DNA of 64,000 nt from an uncultured Gemmatimonadaceae bacterium (GTDB lineage Bacteria; Gemmatimonadota; Gemmatimonadetes; Gemmatimonadales; Gemmatimonadaceae): assembly GCA_963829055.1 (NCBI GenBank), contig CAWHHI010000016.1, positions 320,001-384,000 of the forward strand, given 5' to 3'. Below, in pieces: positions 1 to 13,884 of the stretch; position 1 is the stretch's first letter; each line of letters begins with the position of its first letter. Under the pieces are notes generated by a model. The model saw only the letters and a program-made list of their open reading frames with translations, was not told the origin of the DNA and did no database searches. Position numbers and translations under genes: made by a program.

Positions 1-47
1 GCGGAGCACGCTCGCGGCTTCACCAGAACCGACTGACGCATTGACCA

Positions 48-390
48 ATGGCTGACGACTGTCTGTTCTGCCGTATCGTTCGCAAGGAAATCCCGGTCAC
101 GCTGGTCGCCGAGGACGAGCACTCGATCGCGTTCCGCGATATCAATCCGCAGGCGCCGGTGCACGTTCTCGTGATCCCGCGCGCTCACGTCGCGTCGCTC
201 GACAAGGCCGACGACGCTGCAGATGATCGGTCGGCTGTCGCTCATGGCGGCGGAGATCGCACGCGCCGAAGGGGTGAGCGCGAGTGGTTACCGCACCGTG
301 ATGAACACGAACTCGGCGGCCGGTCAGACGGTCTTCCACGTACACCTGCATTTGCTTGGCGGCCGATCGATGCACTGGCCGCCCGGGTGA
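48..390 (+). CDS. hinT: Histidine triad (HIT) nucleotide-binding protein; frameshift near 222
   Basis: N-terminus DCLFCRI...[17 protein letters not shown]; another frame continues ...[23 protein letters not shown] (HxHxH triad), stop at 390. Confidence 0.9.
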
Positions 391-413
391 TGCGACCCTA
401 GGTTTTCTCGGCG

Positions 414-857
414 ATGACATCGCTTCTCGCGCGCCTCCAGGAAGACCTCGGCACGGCGCGTAAAGCCAGAAACCAGGCAGCGGTGATCGTGATCGGCACG
501 GCGATCTCGGATGTGAAGAACCGCGAGATCGAGCTGCGCCGCGACGTCACCGACGAAGACGTGGTCGACGTCATCCGGAAATCCATCAAGCGGCGACGTG
601 AGGCGATCGAGCTGTATCTCACGGCGAAGCGCGAAGACCTCGTCGCGAAGGAACGCGCCGAGCTCGCGACGCTCGAGGGGTATCTTCCAGCGCAGGTCGA
701 TGATGCCGAGATCCGTACCGCCGTTCGCGCGGCAATTGCAGGTGGCGCAGCTAATATCGGCGCCGTGATGGGGCGCGTCGTACCGCAGTTCAAGGGACGC
801 GCCGAAGGCAGCACGATCAACGCGATCGCACGCGAGGAGCTGAGCAGGCAAGGGTGA
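414..857 (+). CDS. GatB/YqeY domain protein
   Basis: KRRREAIELY...EDLVAKERAEL..LEGYLP...IGAVMGRVVPQFKGRAEG signature. Confidence 0.9.
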   Translation: MTSLLARLQEDLGTARKARNQAAVIVIGTAISDVKNREIELRRDVTDEDVVDVIRKSIKRRREAIELYLTAKREDLVAKERAELATLEGYLPAQVDDAEIRTAVRAAIAGGAANIGAVMGRVVPQFKGRAEGSTINAIAREELSRQG

Positions 858-878
858 TCCCGTCGCCCATGGTCCATC

Positions 879-918
879 GAGCCCGAACGAGCGGTTGCCG
901 CCGCCCGGTCGGGTTTTT
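879..918 (+). terminator. Imperfect hairpin with T-tract after yqeY
   Basis: gagcccga..gcgg / ccgc..tcgggttttt. Confidence 0.4.
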
Positions 919-942
919 CGTTTCATATCGATGGTGGTGTAT

Positions 943-3343
943 GTGAACGCGCACGCACTCGCGGTACTCGAATTTCAACGCACGCTGGACGTCGTCGCTG
1001 GCCACGCGTCATCGGCGGCGGGTGCGGAGCACGTGCGCGGTTTGCGCCCCGGCGACGACGTCGCGGAGATCGAGCGCGAGCACGCGCGCGTCACGGCGAT
1101 GCGCGCGCTCGTGACCGCCGACGCGCCATGGTCGCCCGAGGCCATTCCCGACATCGCGCGAACCTTGCCGCGGCTCCGCGTCGAGGGAACCGCACTGCCA
1201 GGCCCGGAACTGCTCTCCACGCTCGTGCTGTTGCGCTCATCGCGCCGGACGGCTGAAGCGCTGCGCGATCCACGGCGCCCGACCGTAGCGACCGCCGTAC
1301 TCTCTCCGATCGTCGCAAACCTCGTGTCCGCCAAGGCGGAAGAGGCGGCGTTGGAGCGCGTGCTGGCGGACGACGGCAGCGTGCGCGACGACGCGTCGCC
1401 ACAGCTGCGTCGGCTTCGCCGCGAGCTTCGTGGTGCCGAGGCGGAGCTGATTCGGCTGCTCGAGCGGATCATGTCGCGGCTCGAGTCGCACCAGCAGGTG
1501 CCCGGACATGTCCGTGACCGTGCGGAACGGTCGCTACGTGATTCCTGTGCGTCGGGAAGGACGTGGCGCCGTCGGCGGCATCGTTCACGACACGTCGGGC
1601 TCGGGCGCGACGCTGTTCGTCGAGCCACCCGCAGCCGTGGAGGAAGGGAACCGCATTCGCGAGCTCGAGATCGAGGAGATCCGCGAAGTCGATCGCATCC
1701 TGCTCGAAGCCACCGACCGCATCCGTCCGTTGCACGACGATCTCGTCGCGTCGCTCGAAGCACTCGTTATGCTCGATTCGCTGTACGGACGCGCGCGTTA
1801 TGCGATCGCGTACCAGTGCGCGCACGCCGAGCTGTCGACGCCGAGCGCGGGGTTCGCGATCAAGAATGGTCGGCATCCGTTGCTGCTTGCGCAGGGCATC
1901 GCCGTCGTGCCGTTCGACCTCGAGATGGGGCCCGACGAACGTACGCTGCTGGTCTCCGGCCCGAACACCGGCGGCAAGACGGTGCTGCTCAAATCGCTCG
2001 CGCTCATTTCCGCGCTCGTGCAGTCGGGAATTCCCGCGCCGGTCGCGGCCGGCAGTCGCGTCGCCGTGTTCGACAACGTGTTCGCCGACATCGGAGACGA
2101 GCAGTCCATCGAAGCGAGCCTGTCGACGTTCAGTGCGCACCTCAAGAACCTCGGCGAGATTCTCGTTGCCGCGACGCCGCAGTCGCTCGTGCTCGTCGAC
2201 GAGCTCGGATCCGGCACCGACCCGATCGAAGGCGCCGCGCTCGGCGGGGCGATCCTCGAGGAGCTGACGCGACGCGGGTCCATGACGATCGCGACGACGC
2301 ACCTCGGCGCGCTCAAGGAGCTGGCGACCGAGGTCCCAGGCGTCGTGAACGCGTCGTTGCAGTTCGACGCGGCGGCGCTCGCGCCGACGTACCGGCTCAT
2401 CAAGGGCGTCCCCGGGCGGTCGTACGGCATCAGCATTGCGCGACGCCTGGGACTTCGCGGCGACGTGCTCGATCGCGCGGAGGAGCGGATCCCGCAGAAC
2501 GAGCGTGACGTCAATCGATTGCTCGCGGACCTCGAGGTGCGCGACGCCGACATGGCGAAGCGCGAGCGCAACGTCGCGATCGACGAGGAGAACGTGCAGG
2601 CGCGTGCGCACCGACTCGCGGAGCGCGAACAGCGCATTCGCCAGCGCGAGCGTGAGCTCGAGAAGGAGTCACGCGCCGGTGCTCGCCGCTATCTCCTGGA
2701 CGCACGCAACGAGATCGAGCGCGCGATCCGTGAGTTGCGCGAGGCGGGCGCTGCAGGCCTCGACGAGCAGGCCCGGATGGCGCGTCAGGGTGTGGAGCGA
2801 CTTGCCGCGCAGCACGGAGATGCGCTCGCCGCGATCGACCGGCGCGAACGAGATGCCACCGGCGCGGACGACGACGGCGTCGAGGCCGATGACGGGCTGC
2901 CTAACGAAGGCGACGTCGTCGAGATCACGACGCTCGATGACAGGCTCGGCCGCGTACTCGAGCGGCGCGATGATGACGCGGTCGTGGCCGTCGGCGGCAT
3001 CAAGATGACGCTGCCGTTGACGGCGCTGCGTCGCTCGCGGAAGCAGCAGCCGCGCGAACGCGAGACCGTTCCGCTGTTGGGTGACGTGCCTGACGAGTAC
3101 ATCGCGACCGAGATCGATCTGCGCGGCCAGCGCGTTGGCGACATTGACGATCTGGTCATGCAGGCGGTCGATGCCGCTGTGCGTGCAGACCTCAAGTCGC
3201 TGCGCATCATCCACGGCAAGGGAACCGGTGCGCTGCGAGCACGCGTGACGGAAATGCTGCGGAAGGACACGCGGGTGAAATCGTTCCGTCTCGGCGCGTG
3301 GAACGAAGGCGGCACCGGCGTGACGCTCGCGGAGTTCGCCTGA
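943..3343 (+). CDS. mutS2: Endonuclease MutS2 with C-terminal Smr domain; frameshift near 1500
   Basis: ALAVLEF N-terminus, SGPNTGGKT Walker A, DIGDEQSIEASLSTFSAH, DELGSGTDP, Smr IIHGKGTGALR. Confidence 0.95.
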
Positions 3344-3362
3344 CCGTGCCCAGGTCGTTCGC

Positions 3363-5293
3363 ATGATCCCCGACGAGGACGTCGAGCGCGTTCGCGACAA
3401 CGCCGACATCGTGCAGATCATCGGCGAGCACGTGAGCCTGAAACGTGTGGGCACGGACTGGCGCGGACCGTGCCCGTTCCATCAGGGCACGCATCGCAAC
3501 TTCTCGGTGTCGACGAAGAAGCGCATGTACTATTGCTTCGTCTGCCACGCCGGCGGCGACGTCTTCAACTTTCTGCAGAAGCGACTCGGGATGGACTGGC
3601 CTTCGGCGGTGCGGGCAGTGGCCGACAAGTCCGGCATCGAGATCCGCGAGGTCGAGACTCGTCGCGAAGGCCCCGACCCACGCGAGCCCGTGTGGGAGCT
3701 CAACGCAGCGGCGGCCGAGTATTTCCAGCGCATGCTGTGGGATGAGGACATTGGCCAGCCGGCGCGCGAGTACCTCGCGAAGCGAAACGTGTCGCGTGAG
3801 GCGGGGCAGCGGTTCGGCCTCGGCTTTGCCCCACGCGAGATCGGGTTGCTGCGGAGCTATCTGAATACGCTTGGCTATGACGATGCTCGTCTCCTGAGCG
3901 GCGGCTTGCTCGTGCAGCGAGAGGAGGCCGAGGAGCCACGTCCCCGCTTTCGCGGGCGCCTCATGTTCCCCATCTATGACGCGTCAGGACGACCGTCTGG
4001 ATTCGGCGGGCGCCTCATCGGCCCCGGTGAACCGAAGTATCTGAACTCGTCGGACTCCCCGACGTTCACCAAGGGTCGTTTGCTGTACGGTCTGAACTGG
4101 GCTCGCCATGCGATTCGTCGGGACGAGCGGTTGTTGCTCGTCGAGGGCTACTTCGACGTCGTGCGTCTCGTGCTCGCGGGCATCGAGACCGTCGTCGCAC
4201 CGTTGGGCACCGCGCTCACTGATGAGCAGGCGTCGATGATCGCGCGTCAGACGAAGAACGTGTTTCTGCTCTACGACAGTGATACGGCGGGGCAGAAGGC
4301 CACGTTCCGTGCGGGTGACCTGCTCCTGTCGCAGGGAGTTTCCGTTCGTGTGGTGACCCTGCCCGACGGCGAGGATCCCGACACGTTCGTCGACACGCAT
4401 GGTCCAGCGGCGCTCGAGTCACACATTGAGGCGGCCGTCGATGTCTTCGATCGAAAGGTGCAGATCCTCGAGCGCCAGGGCTGGTTCGCGGATCTGCATC
4501 GGCGACGCCGCGCCATCGACCGTCTGCTGCCGACCATCCGAGTCACTGCCGATCCCGTCACGCGCGACATGTACATCGCTCGTGCGAGTGAGGCGTCCGG
4601 TGTCGATCGCGCGGTGCTCGCGCGAGAAGCCGCCAACGATGGCGGCGCGCGGAATTCGCGACCCCGAACGGCCGCCCCGTCCGCTCCACCGCCTGACGAG
4701 CAGCAGCCAGACCTCCGCATGGGCGACAGGCGTGCCGGCGATCGCCGCGATCCGCCGGTTGCACGACCACCTCGCGTCGGGCCCTCAGTCGAGCGATATC
4801 TGCTCCGTGTGATTCTCGCGCATCCCGCGTATCTCGAGCTGGCGGCTGAAGCGGATGTCGGACCAGCGACAGTTTCCAGGACGCCGCGGTATCGTGAGAT
4901 CTTCGAGACGCTCGCGACGCTCGGCGCGGACGCTCCGCCCGAGCTCGTGATCAAGGAATTGTCGGAGGACGCAGCGGCGGCGTACGACCAGATGCTCGGC
5001 GAGCCGCCCGAGTCCATTGTCAATCTCGAGCAGACGTACCGTGACACGATCGCGACGCGTCCGGACGCGCGAGCTGAAGGACAGGAATGCAGAAATGCAA
5101 CCGACTCATGGCGACCGCGCGCGGCATCGACGAAAAGAATGCGCTGCTCGCCGAGATGACGGCGAACAAGCGACAGGCCGAAGCCCTGCAGGTCGACGAC
5201 GTGATGCACGTTACCAAGCGCGACGCGCGACATGCGACGATCACGCATCAAACGCCGCGTCACCGCGGCGCACACTCCACAGGGAGGGCATGA
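3363..5293 (+). CDS. dnaG: DNA primase; C-terminal frameshift(s)
   Basis: CPFH zinc finger, RFRGRLMFPI, KYLNS, VEGYFDV, YDSDTAGQKA TOPRIM; tail probably continues in ORF 5087..5293. Confidence 0.93.
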
Positions 5294-5998
5294 GTGCATC
5301 AGGATCTCGAGGCGCTGCTCGCATTGCAGGCCGATGACGATGTGATCGATGAACTGAACGGCAAGCTGAGGGCGCTCGGGCCGCGCTTCTCCGAGCTCGA
5401 GCGTCGACGGAAAGCGATCGTCGATCATCTCGCCGCCGCCGAGGCGAGCACCGCCGCGGACGAGCGAAAACATCGCGAGCTCGAAGGTCGGCTCTCCGAC
5501 CACAAGCAGCGCCAGGAGCGCAACCTCGCTCACCTCGATTCGGTGAAGCGAATGCGCGAGGCGACCGCCGCGATGGCGCAGGTCGAGCAGGCGCGAAAGA
5601 TTCTCATCGAGGAAGAGTCGGAGCTGCAATCGCTCGCGCGTCGCATTGCCGATGGACACAAGGCGATCGCCGCTCACCGCGAAGCGCTCGCGGCGCAGGA
5701 CGAGGAGCAGGCTGCCGAGCGTGAGGTGCTCGGGCAGGAGCGCGCGGAAATCGAAGGCTCTCTCGCGGAAGCGCGCGCCAAGCGAACGCAGACGTCCAGC
5801 CACGTTCCAAAATCCATCCTCGCCAAGTACGATCGAATCCGTGGTCGCAAAGGTGAGCGCGCGATCTTCCCTCTGCGCGGGCCATCGTGTGGGCACTGCG
5901 ACACCGCCATTCCGCTGCAGCGTCGGAATCAAATGGCGGGCACCGGTGCGATCGAAGTCTGCGAGGCGTGCGGAGTGCTTCTGTATGCAACGCCATGA
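5294..5998 (+). CDS. Coiled-coil protein with C4 zinc ribbon (DUF164/CT398-like)
   Basis: Long coiled coil followed by CGHC...CEACGVLLY. Confidence 0.85.
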   Translation: MHQDLEALLALQADDDVIDELNGKLRALGPRFSELERRRKAIVDHLAAAEASTAADERKHRELEGRLSDHKQRQERNLAHLDSVKRMREATAAMAQVEQARKILIEEESELQSLARRIADGHKAIAAHREALAAQDEEQAAEREVLGQERAEIEGSLAEARAKRTQTSSHVPKSILAKYDRIRGRKGERAIFPLRGPSCGHCDTAIPLQRRNQMAGTGAIEVCEACGVLLYATP

Positions 5999-6036
5999 TG
6001 CTTGTTGGGGGTATGGGTCCCCAATAGCTTGACCGG

Positions 6037-7792
6037 GTGACCGCACCCCCCATTCGCCCACGTCTCAAGCCGCGTTGGGTTTTTCCGCCGGAGCCTGATC
6101 CGACCGCTGTCGAGGCGCTCGCCGCGGAGCTGCATCTGCCAACGACTCGTTTGTCGGCTTTTGCTCGTCCGCGGGTACTCGGCGGTCGAGCCGGCGAAGC
6201 ACTTCCTTCGCCCGCGGCTGGAGCGATTGCACTCGCCGCACGGTCTGCCTGACGCGGCCGTTGCCGTCGAGCGACTCGGTCCGCGCCGCGCGTGACGCCG
6301 AAACGGTGCTCATCCACGGCGATTACGACGTCGACGGCATCTGCGCCACGACGCTACTCACGAGGTCGCTGCGCTATTTCGGTGCGCGCCCCGTCCCGTT
6401 CATTCCGCGCCGCCTCGAGGACGGCTACGACCTGAGCGAAGCCGGCGTTCGCGCGGCTCGTGAGGCAGGGGCGAAGCTCGTCGTGACGTGCGATTGCGGC
6501 ACGAGCGCGCTCAAGCCCATCCAGGCGTTGTGTGAGTCGGGCGTCGACGTCATCGTCACCGACCATCACTTGCCGGGCGGTCCGCTGCCCGAGTGTCTCG
6601 CGGTGCTGAACCCGAAACGACACGGGTCGGAGTATCCCGACAAGGATCTCGCCGCGGTGGGCGTCGCGTTCAAGCTCATGCTCGCGCTCGCGGAGAAGCT
6701 CGGCGCGAATGCGAACTTCGTCTACAACATGCTGGACCTGGTCGCGCTCGCGACCATCGCGGACGTCGCGCCGCTTCGCGGTGAGAATCGGATCTTCGCG
6801 AAGTACGGTCTCAAGCTCATGGCGGAGACGCCGCACGTCGGCTTGCGCGCGCTCATGCGCGCGTCAGGCATGGACGGCAAACCGCTCACCGCCGGCCGCG
6901 TCGGCTTCATCCTCGCGCCGCGATCTGAACGCCGCCGGCCGCATCGGTCACGCCATGCAAGGCGTCGAGCTGCTGATGTCGGATTCGGAGCCACAGGCGA
7001 ATCGCATCGCGCGCGAGCTCGAGGAAATGAACAGGAAGCGGCAGGAGATCGATCGCGCCACGCTCGAAGCAGCGCGCCGTCGCGTCGACGCCCTCGATCT
7101 CGACAACACGTTCGGCATCGTGCTGGCGGAACAGGGTTGGCACCCGGGAGTCATCGGCATCGTCGCGTCGCGCATCGTCGAGGAGACCGGGCGGCCGACG
7201 ATCATGATTGCGCTCGACGGCGATCAGGGGAAAGGCTCGGGTCGAGCGCCCTCGCCCTTCGACCTGCACGCGGGTCTCACCGAGTGTCGCGACTTGCTCA
7301 TTCGGTATGGCGGCCACCGCGCGGCGGCCGGCGTGACGATCGAGGCGTCGCGCGTGGACGCATTCGCGGAACGCTTCAACGAGGTTGCTCGCGCGACGCT
7401 GCGTCGTGAAGACCTGCAGCCAGAGCTCAGGATCGACGCCGAGATCTCGATCGATCAGGTGACCGACGACCTCGAGGGAATGCTCCGGCACTTCGAGCCG
7501 TTCGGCGTCGGCAACCCGTCGCCGGTGTTCGTCTCGCGCGGAGCGCGTATCGCCACGCCGCCCCGCGTGGTCGGGCAGCGATGGACTCAAGATCCGTCTC
7601 GCCGGCTCCCCACACGATCGTGACGCGTTAGGCTGGGGCATGGGCGACCTCGCGCCGGAGCTGTCGCCGGGCATGTTGGTCGACCTCGCGTACCGGGTCG
7701 AGCGCGACACGTATCAGGGCGAGAGTCGGTTGCAGCTGCGCATTGCCGACATCCGGATGGCAGGGACGGCTCCGGCGGCGGATAGCCGTTAG
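6037..7792 (+). CDS. recJ: ssDNA exonuclease RecJ; several frameshifts
   Basis: IHGDYDVDG, VTCDCG, TDHH, ATIADVAPLRGENR, LNAAGR, GGHRAAAG, EPFGVGNPSP; ends CGT TAG at 7792. Confidence 0.93.
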
Positions 7793-7794
7793 GC

Positions 7795-8305
7795 ATGCGT
7801 ATCGTGGCGGGGCGGTGGCGCGGCCGGCGCATACGCCCACCCGACGATGACCGCGTCCGTCCGACCGCGGATCGTGTGCGAGAGGCGTGGATGAGCATCG
7901 TCCAGCCCTACCTCGTCGGCGCGCGTGTGCTGGATCTGTTCGCTGGATCGGGCGCGTTAGGCCTGGAAGCGCTGTCTCGCGGGGCGGCGTCCTCCGACTG
8001 CGTGGAGGTCAGCGTTGCCGGCGTGCGCGCGATCAAGGAGAACGCGGAGACGCTTGGTGCAGGGGACGCGTTGAGCGTCCATCGCGCGGATGCCATTCGC
8101 TTCATCGCGAAGCTCGACGCCGGCGCGTTCGACGTCGCGTTCGCCGATCCACCGTACGGCCAGGGACTCGCGACGGCTGTCGCGGAACGCTGGCTTGCCG
8201 TCCCTTTCGCGATCTCGTCTCGGCATCGAGCATAGCTCGAAGGAAAAGCTGCCCGCAGGTGACACGAGGAAGTACGGCACGACGTCGATCACGTTCTATC
8301 GTGCC

Positions 8306-8329
<24 letters not shown>
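7795..8329 (+). CDS. rsmD: 16S rRNA m2G966 methyltransferase; frameshift near 8215
   Basis: MRIVAGRWRGR, RPTADRVREA, LDLFAGSGALGLEALSRGA, DPPY. Confidence 0.92.
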
Positions 8330-9887
<1,558 letters not shown>

Positions 9888-9891
<4 letters not shown>

Positions 9892-10220
9892 GCTTCTCGA
9901 TCAAGAAGCAGGGAGAGATTTGCGTGGTTGATGTCGAAGGTCAGCTCATCGTCGGTAACCGGCAGGAGCTGAAGCAGAAGGTTCTCGATGAGTTGGAGAA
10001 GGGCGAGAAGAAGTTTCTGATCGATTTCAGTCAGACCGGCTACATCGATAGCTCGGGTCTGGGCGTTCTCGTGTCGCTCTCCAAGAAAATTCGCGAGCAG
10101 GGGGGCGAGCTTCGCCTCGCGAATCTCAACGACGACCTCAAGACCCTGTTCGAACTGACGAAGCTCGATACGTTGTTCCAGATCGCGGATACGCGCGAAC
10201 GGGCCCTCGAAAGCTTCTGA
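9888..10220 (+). CDS. STAS anti-sigma factor antagonist (RsbV/SpoIIAA-like)
   Basis: [10 protein letters not shown] phosphoacceptor motif, LFELTKLD. Confidence 0.92.
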
Positions 10221-10258
10221 AAACGTCCGACCGCCCCCGGCGGTCTCCACGGGCACGC

Positions 10259-10296
10259 AGGCGCAGCGCGGCAGCAGTCCAGGCCGCGCTGCGCCT
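10259..10296. repeat. Perfect 14-bp-stem intergenic hairpin
   Basis: aggcgcagcgcggc ... gccgcgctgcgcct. Confidence 0.6.
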
Positions 10297-10316
10297 CATT
10301 CCATAACCCCTACGCA

Positions 10317-10777
10317 ATGATTGCTGGCGAGAGCGACGAGCGAGCCCGCGACACACACGTCCGTGTGGCGTTCGACAGGCTGATCCCGAGCGACGTCCGC
10401 GAGATCGAACCGATCGTCGAGCAGGTCACCCGCGAATGCCGCGTGCTCGCGCTGCCAGCGCGCCAGTGCGCGCTGAACGTTCCCGTCGCCCTTACCGAGG
10501 CGCTCAGCAACGCGATCCTGCGGGGCAATCGCGGCGCGCGCGACAAGCAGGTCCGCGTGAGAGCCGTCGTGAGCGACACCGCGCTGGTGCTCGAGGTAGC
10601 CGACGAAGGCACTGGATTCGACCTCGACGCCTGTACCATCGATCCGACGAGCCCGGGCAATCTCGAGCGCGAAGATGGACGCGGGTCTGTTTCTCATGCG
10701 GTCGCTTGATGGATCGCGTCGAGCGCTATGGCGATAACGCCCACAACGTGGTCCGCCTGACTCTGAACCGCTTGTGA
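10317..10777 (+). CDS. Anti-sigma factor / Ser kinase (RsbW-like HATPase); frameshifts near 10690
   Basis: ALTEALSNAILRGN, VADEGTGFD, EDGRG...LMDRVE. Confidence 0.85.
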
Positions 10778-12372
10778 AAGAACTGGGCGCGGTGCTCGCC
10801 TCGTTCAGCGAGGCTACGCAGTGCGGCGCCGTCGTCTGGACGCAGCCGCCCGGCGGAGGCGCGCTCACCGCGGAAGTAGGTTCGCCCATTGGCGATCCTC
10901 CGGCCATCGTCGAGCTCATCCCCGCCGGCGCGGCCGCCGCGGTGGAGGTGCACACGCCGAGCGGCAGCATGCTCGTTCAATCGCTGCCGGGACCGCGCCG
11001 CGCGTGGCTCGCGCTGGGACCGTGCGCGAATCGCGTCGCGCCGTCGCGCGGCTGGCTCAAGTTCCTGCTGCCGGTCGTGACGCACTACCGGCAAGCGTCT
11101 CTCGAAGTCGAGCACGCCGCGAACGAGCTCGCGGAGCGCTACGAGGAGATCAATCTCCTCTACACCACGAGCGAGATTCTCGGTCGAACGGTGTCGTTGG
11201 AAGAAGCCGCGGCGACCATTCTGCACGAGATCTCGGAGACCGTCGGCGCTCGTCGCGCTTCCATTCTCGTGCACGAGGAAGTTGGCGGCACACTGCAGGT
11301 CGTCGCCGCACTCGGCGTCGCGGGCGCGGCCACGCCGGCGATCGACCTGGGCGATGAATGCAGCGTTTCGGCGAATGTCTTTCGCTCGCGGAAATCGATG
11401 ATCGCCGAAGATGGCGAGATGCTGTGCGACCAGGAGCAATCGTACCGGCGCGGTACGATGCTGTCCGTGCCGATCATGTGGACCGGCCCTGACGGAGCGC
11501 GACCGCTGGGCGTCGTGAACCTGTCGGACAGGCGGTCGGGCCAGCCGTTTTCCGCCGGCGATCAGAAGCTGGTGGAAGCCATCGCGACGCAGATCGGCAC
11601 CGCTATTCAGAACGCTCGTCTCGTGAGCGCGTCGCTCAATCAGCAGCGGCTCGTGTACGAGATGAGTCTGGCGCACGACCTCCAGATGAAGCTCCTGCCC
11701 GCAACGTCTGTCGTCGCGCCAGAGGCGGAGGTCGCCGCACGGGTGCTCCCCGCGGAAAGCGTCGGCGGTGACTTCTACCATCTGTTCAGACTCGGTGGTC
11801 GTCGCACCGGCGTCATGATCGGCGACGTGTCGAGCCACGGCTATCGGGCGGCGCTCATCATGGCACTCGCGATGAGCGCGTCCGCGATTCACGCGCAGAC
11901 GACGATCGATGCGGCCGAGACGCTGGCCGCCCTTCTGGCGTCCCTGCGTGACGAGCTGGAGTCGACCGAGATGTTCATCACCGTCTTCTACGGCGTGATC
12001 GACCCGACCGTCGGTGTGCTGCGCTATGCGAACACGGGGCACCCGCACGCGTTCGTGATCACGGCCGATGGAACGGTCTCGCGTCTGCCGGCGCTCGATC
12101 CCCCGTTAGGCATGACGACTGGGCGTCCCGATGGCGCGTCACGACCGTGGCGCCGCGGCTCGGATCTGCTGCTGCTGTTCACCGACGGGGTGAGCGACGC
12201 ACAGAATGACGCCGGCGTGCGCCTCGGCGAGCAGCCGGTGCTCGATATCGTGTTGCAGCATCGGACGGAGCCTACGGCCATGATCCTCGACCGCGTCTTC
12301 GAGGCCCTCAGCGCGCACGTCGGCGAGTCGCCGCGCCCTGACGACCTGGCGCTCGTCATCGTTCGTAACTGA
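10774..12372 (+). CDS. GAF-domain PP2C/SpoIIE phosphatase (RsbU-like)
   Basis: GAF region followed by VGGDFY, IGDVSSHG, FTDGVSDA, DDLALV. Confidence 0.92.
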   Translation: MKELGAVLASFSEATQCGAVVWTQPPGGGALTAEVGSPIGDPPAIVELIPAGAAAAVEVHTPSGSMLVQSLPGPRRAWLALGPCANRVAPSRGWLKFLLPVVTHYRQASLEVEHAANELAERYEEINLLYTTSEILGRTVSLEEAAATILHEISETVGARRASILVHEEVGGTLQVVAALGVAGAATPAIDLGDECSVSANVFRSRKSMIAEDGEMLCDQEQSYRRGTMLSVPIMWTGPDGARPLGVVNLSDRRSGQPFSAGDQKLVEAIATQIGTAIQNARLVSASLNQQRLVYEMSLAHDLQMKLLPATSVVAPEAEVAARVLPAESVGGDFYHLFRLGGRRTGVMIGDVSSHGYRAALIMALAMSASAIHAQTTIDAAETLAALLASLRDELESTEMFITVFYGVIDPTVGVLRYANTGHPHAFVITADGTVSRLPALDPPLGMTTGRPDGASRPWRRGSDLLLLFTDGVSDAQNDAGVRLGEQPVLDIVLQHRTEPTAMILDRVFEALSAHVGESPRPDDLALVIVRN

Positions 12373-12424
12373 GTCTGCGACCGATGCGCGTGCGTGATGG
12401 CGGTGATCGCGCGTCGACCACAAG

Positions 12425-13231
12425 ATGAGCGTCGACCTTCCGCACCCGCGCAAACGCCTCGGCCAGCACTTTCTCGTCGACCGCGCCGCCCTCGAACGTA
12501 TCGCCGACGCGCTGGCGCCTAACAAGGACGACACAGTCGTGGAGATCGGCCCAGGGCGGGGCGCCCTCACCGATCTGCTGTGCGCACGCGCGAAGCGGGT
12601 CATCGCCATCGAGCTCGATCGCGATCTCGCGCCGTATCTTCGCGACCGCTACCGCGCAGCGGGGAATGTCGAGATCATCGAGCGCGATGTACTCGAGGTG
12701 AATCTCGCCGAGATTGCCGGGGAGGAATTTCTGCTCGCCGGGAACGTGCCGTACTACATCACGACCCCGATCCTCTTTCATGCGCTCCAGCCGCCACGCG
12801 CGGTCCGCGCGGTGTATCTCGTTCAGCAGGAGGTCGCCGAGCGAGTCGTCGCGCCGCCTGGATCGCGCACGTACGGCGCGCTCTCTGTCAACGTGCAGGG
12901 TTTCGCGCATGCCGAGTTGGTCGGCCGCGTGCCGTCGGGCGCATTCAAGCCGCCGCCGAAAGTGGAGTCAGCGATCCTTCGTGTCACGCCTCGGACTGAT
13001 CCGGTTGTTGCGGAAGCAGACGAGCGCGCATTCCGGACACTCGTGCAGAGCGCGTTTGGACTTCGCAGGAAGCAAATGCGTCGCGTTATGCGGACGGTCG
13101 CCCATCTCGATGTCGAGGCAAGCGAGGGAGTGCTCGACGCCGCGGGCATCGACCCCGAATGTCGTCCGGAGACTCTTGCGCCTGACGATTTCGCTCGGCT
13201 GCTGCGTGCGCTTGGCGAAGCGCGACGTTGA
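12425..13231 (+). CDS. rsmA: 16S rRNA dimethyladenosine transferase
   Basis: KRLGQHFL, EIGPGRGALT, GNVPYYITTP, FKPPPKVES. Confidence 0.95.
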   Translation: MSVDLPHPRKRLGQHFLVDRAALERIADALAPNKDDTVVEIGPGRGALTDLLCARAKRVIAIELDRDLAPYLRDRYRAAGNVEIIERDVLEVNLAEIAGEEFLLAGNVPYYITTPILFHALQPPRAVRAVYLVQQEVAERVVAPPGSRTYGALSVNVQGFAHAELVGRVPSGAFKPPPKVESAILRVTPRTDPVVAEADERAFRTLVQSAFGLRRKQMRRVMRTVAHLDVEASEGVLDAAGIDPECRPETLAPDDFARLLRALGEARR

Positions 13232-13246
13232 ACGTCGCCGACCGGG

Positions 13247-13873
13247 TCAGCGGTCGCGGTTGGTGAGCGCGAAGGAGAGTCCTTCCAGCTCCATCGCCAT
13301 GTTCACGTTCTTGAGCGTGACATCGGCGGGGACCTGTATCTGCACCGGCGCGAAGTTGAGGAGCGCGCGAATGCCGGCACCGATCAGCCGATCGACGACA
13401 GCCTGCGCTTCATCGCCAGGTGTCGTGAGCACCGCGATATCGGGGTGCTCCTCTGCGATGTCCCGCTCGATCGTGTCCATGCCACGAACCGTCAGCGAAT
13501 CCCACTTCGTCCCAATCTTGTTCGGGTCGCGGTCGTAGACGGCGATCACGCGGAAGCCGCGTTGGCGAAATCCGCGATACTGGGCGAGTGCGGTACCGAT
13601 CTTCCCCGCGCCGACGATGATGACCTGCCACTCCCGGCGCAGTCCGAGGATTTCGCGCAGCGAGTCGGTGAGCTCGGGGACCGAATAGCCGAGTCCGCGC
13701 TTTCCGAACGACCCGAAGAAGGAGAGGTCCTTCCGCACCTGCGCCGATGTCGTTCCGCCGCGTCGCGCCAAGTCGTCGCTCGATATCGTCACGACTCCTC
13801 GTTGAGCGGACTCCTCGAGAAATCGTAGATAGAGCGACAGGCGTCGGACGGTGGAGTCGGCGATTCGTCTCAC
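13247..13873 (-). CDS. rex: Redox-sensing transcriptional repressor Rex
   Basis: RRLSLYLR, QVRKDLSFFGSFGKRGLGY, VGAGKIG, LNFAP; GTG start at 13873 preferred. Confidence 0.95.
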   Translation of the reverse strand: MRRIADSTVRRLSLYLRFLEESAQRGVVTISSDDLARRGGTTSAQVRKDLSFFGSFGKRGLGYSVPELTDSLREILGLRREWQVIIVGAGKIGTALAQYRGFRQRGFRVIAVYDRDPNKIGTKWDSLTVRGMDTIERDIAEEHPDIAVLTTPGDEAQAVVDRLIGAGIRALLNFAPVQIQVPADVTLKNVNMAMELEGLSFALTNRDR

Positions 13874-13884
13874 GGCGGGATGGC

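Noticed and set aside
4271..6061. Long antisense or alternative-frame ORFs (e.g. 4271-6061 -, 10726-12048 -, 48448-49794 +)
   Set aside because: Shadow ORFs of high-GC coding DNA overlapping confident genes, with no family motifs.
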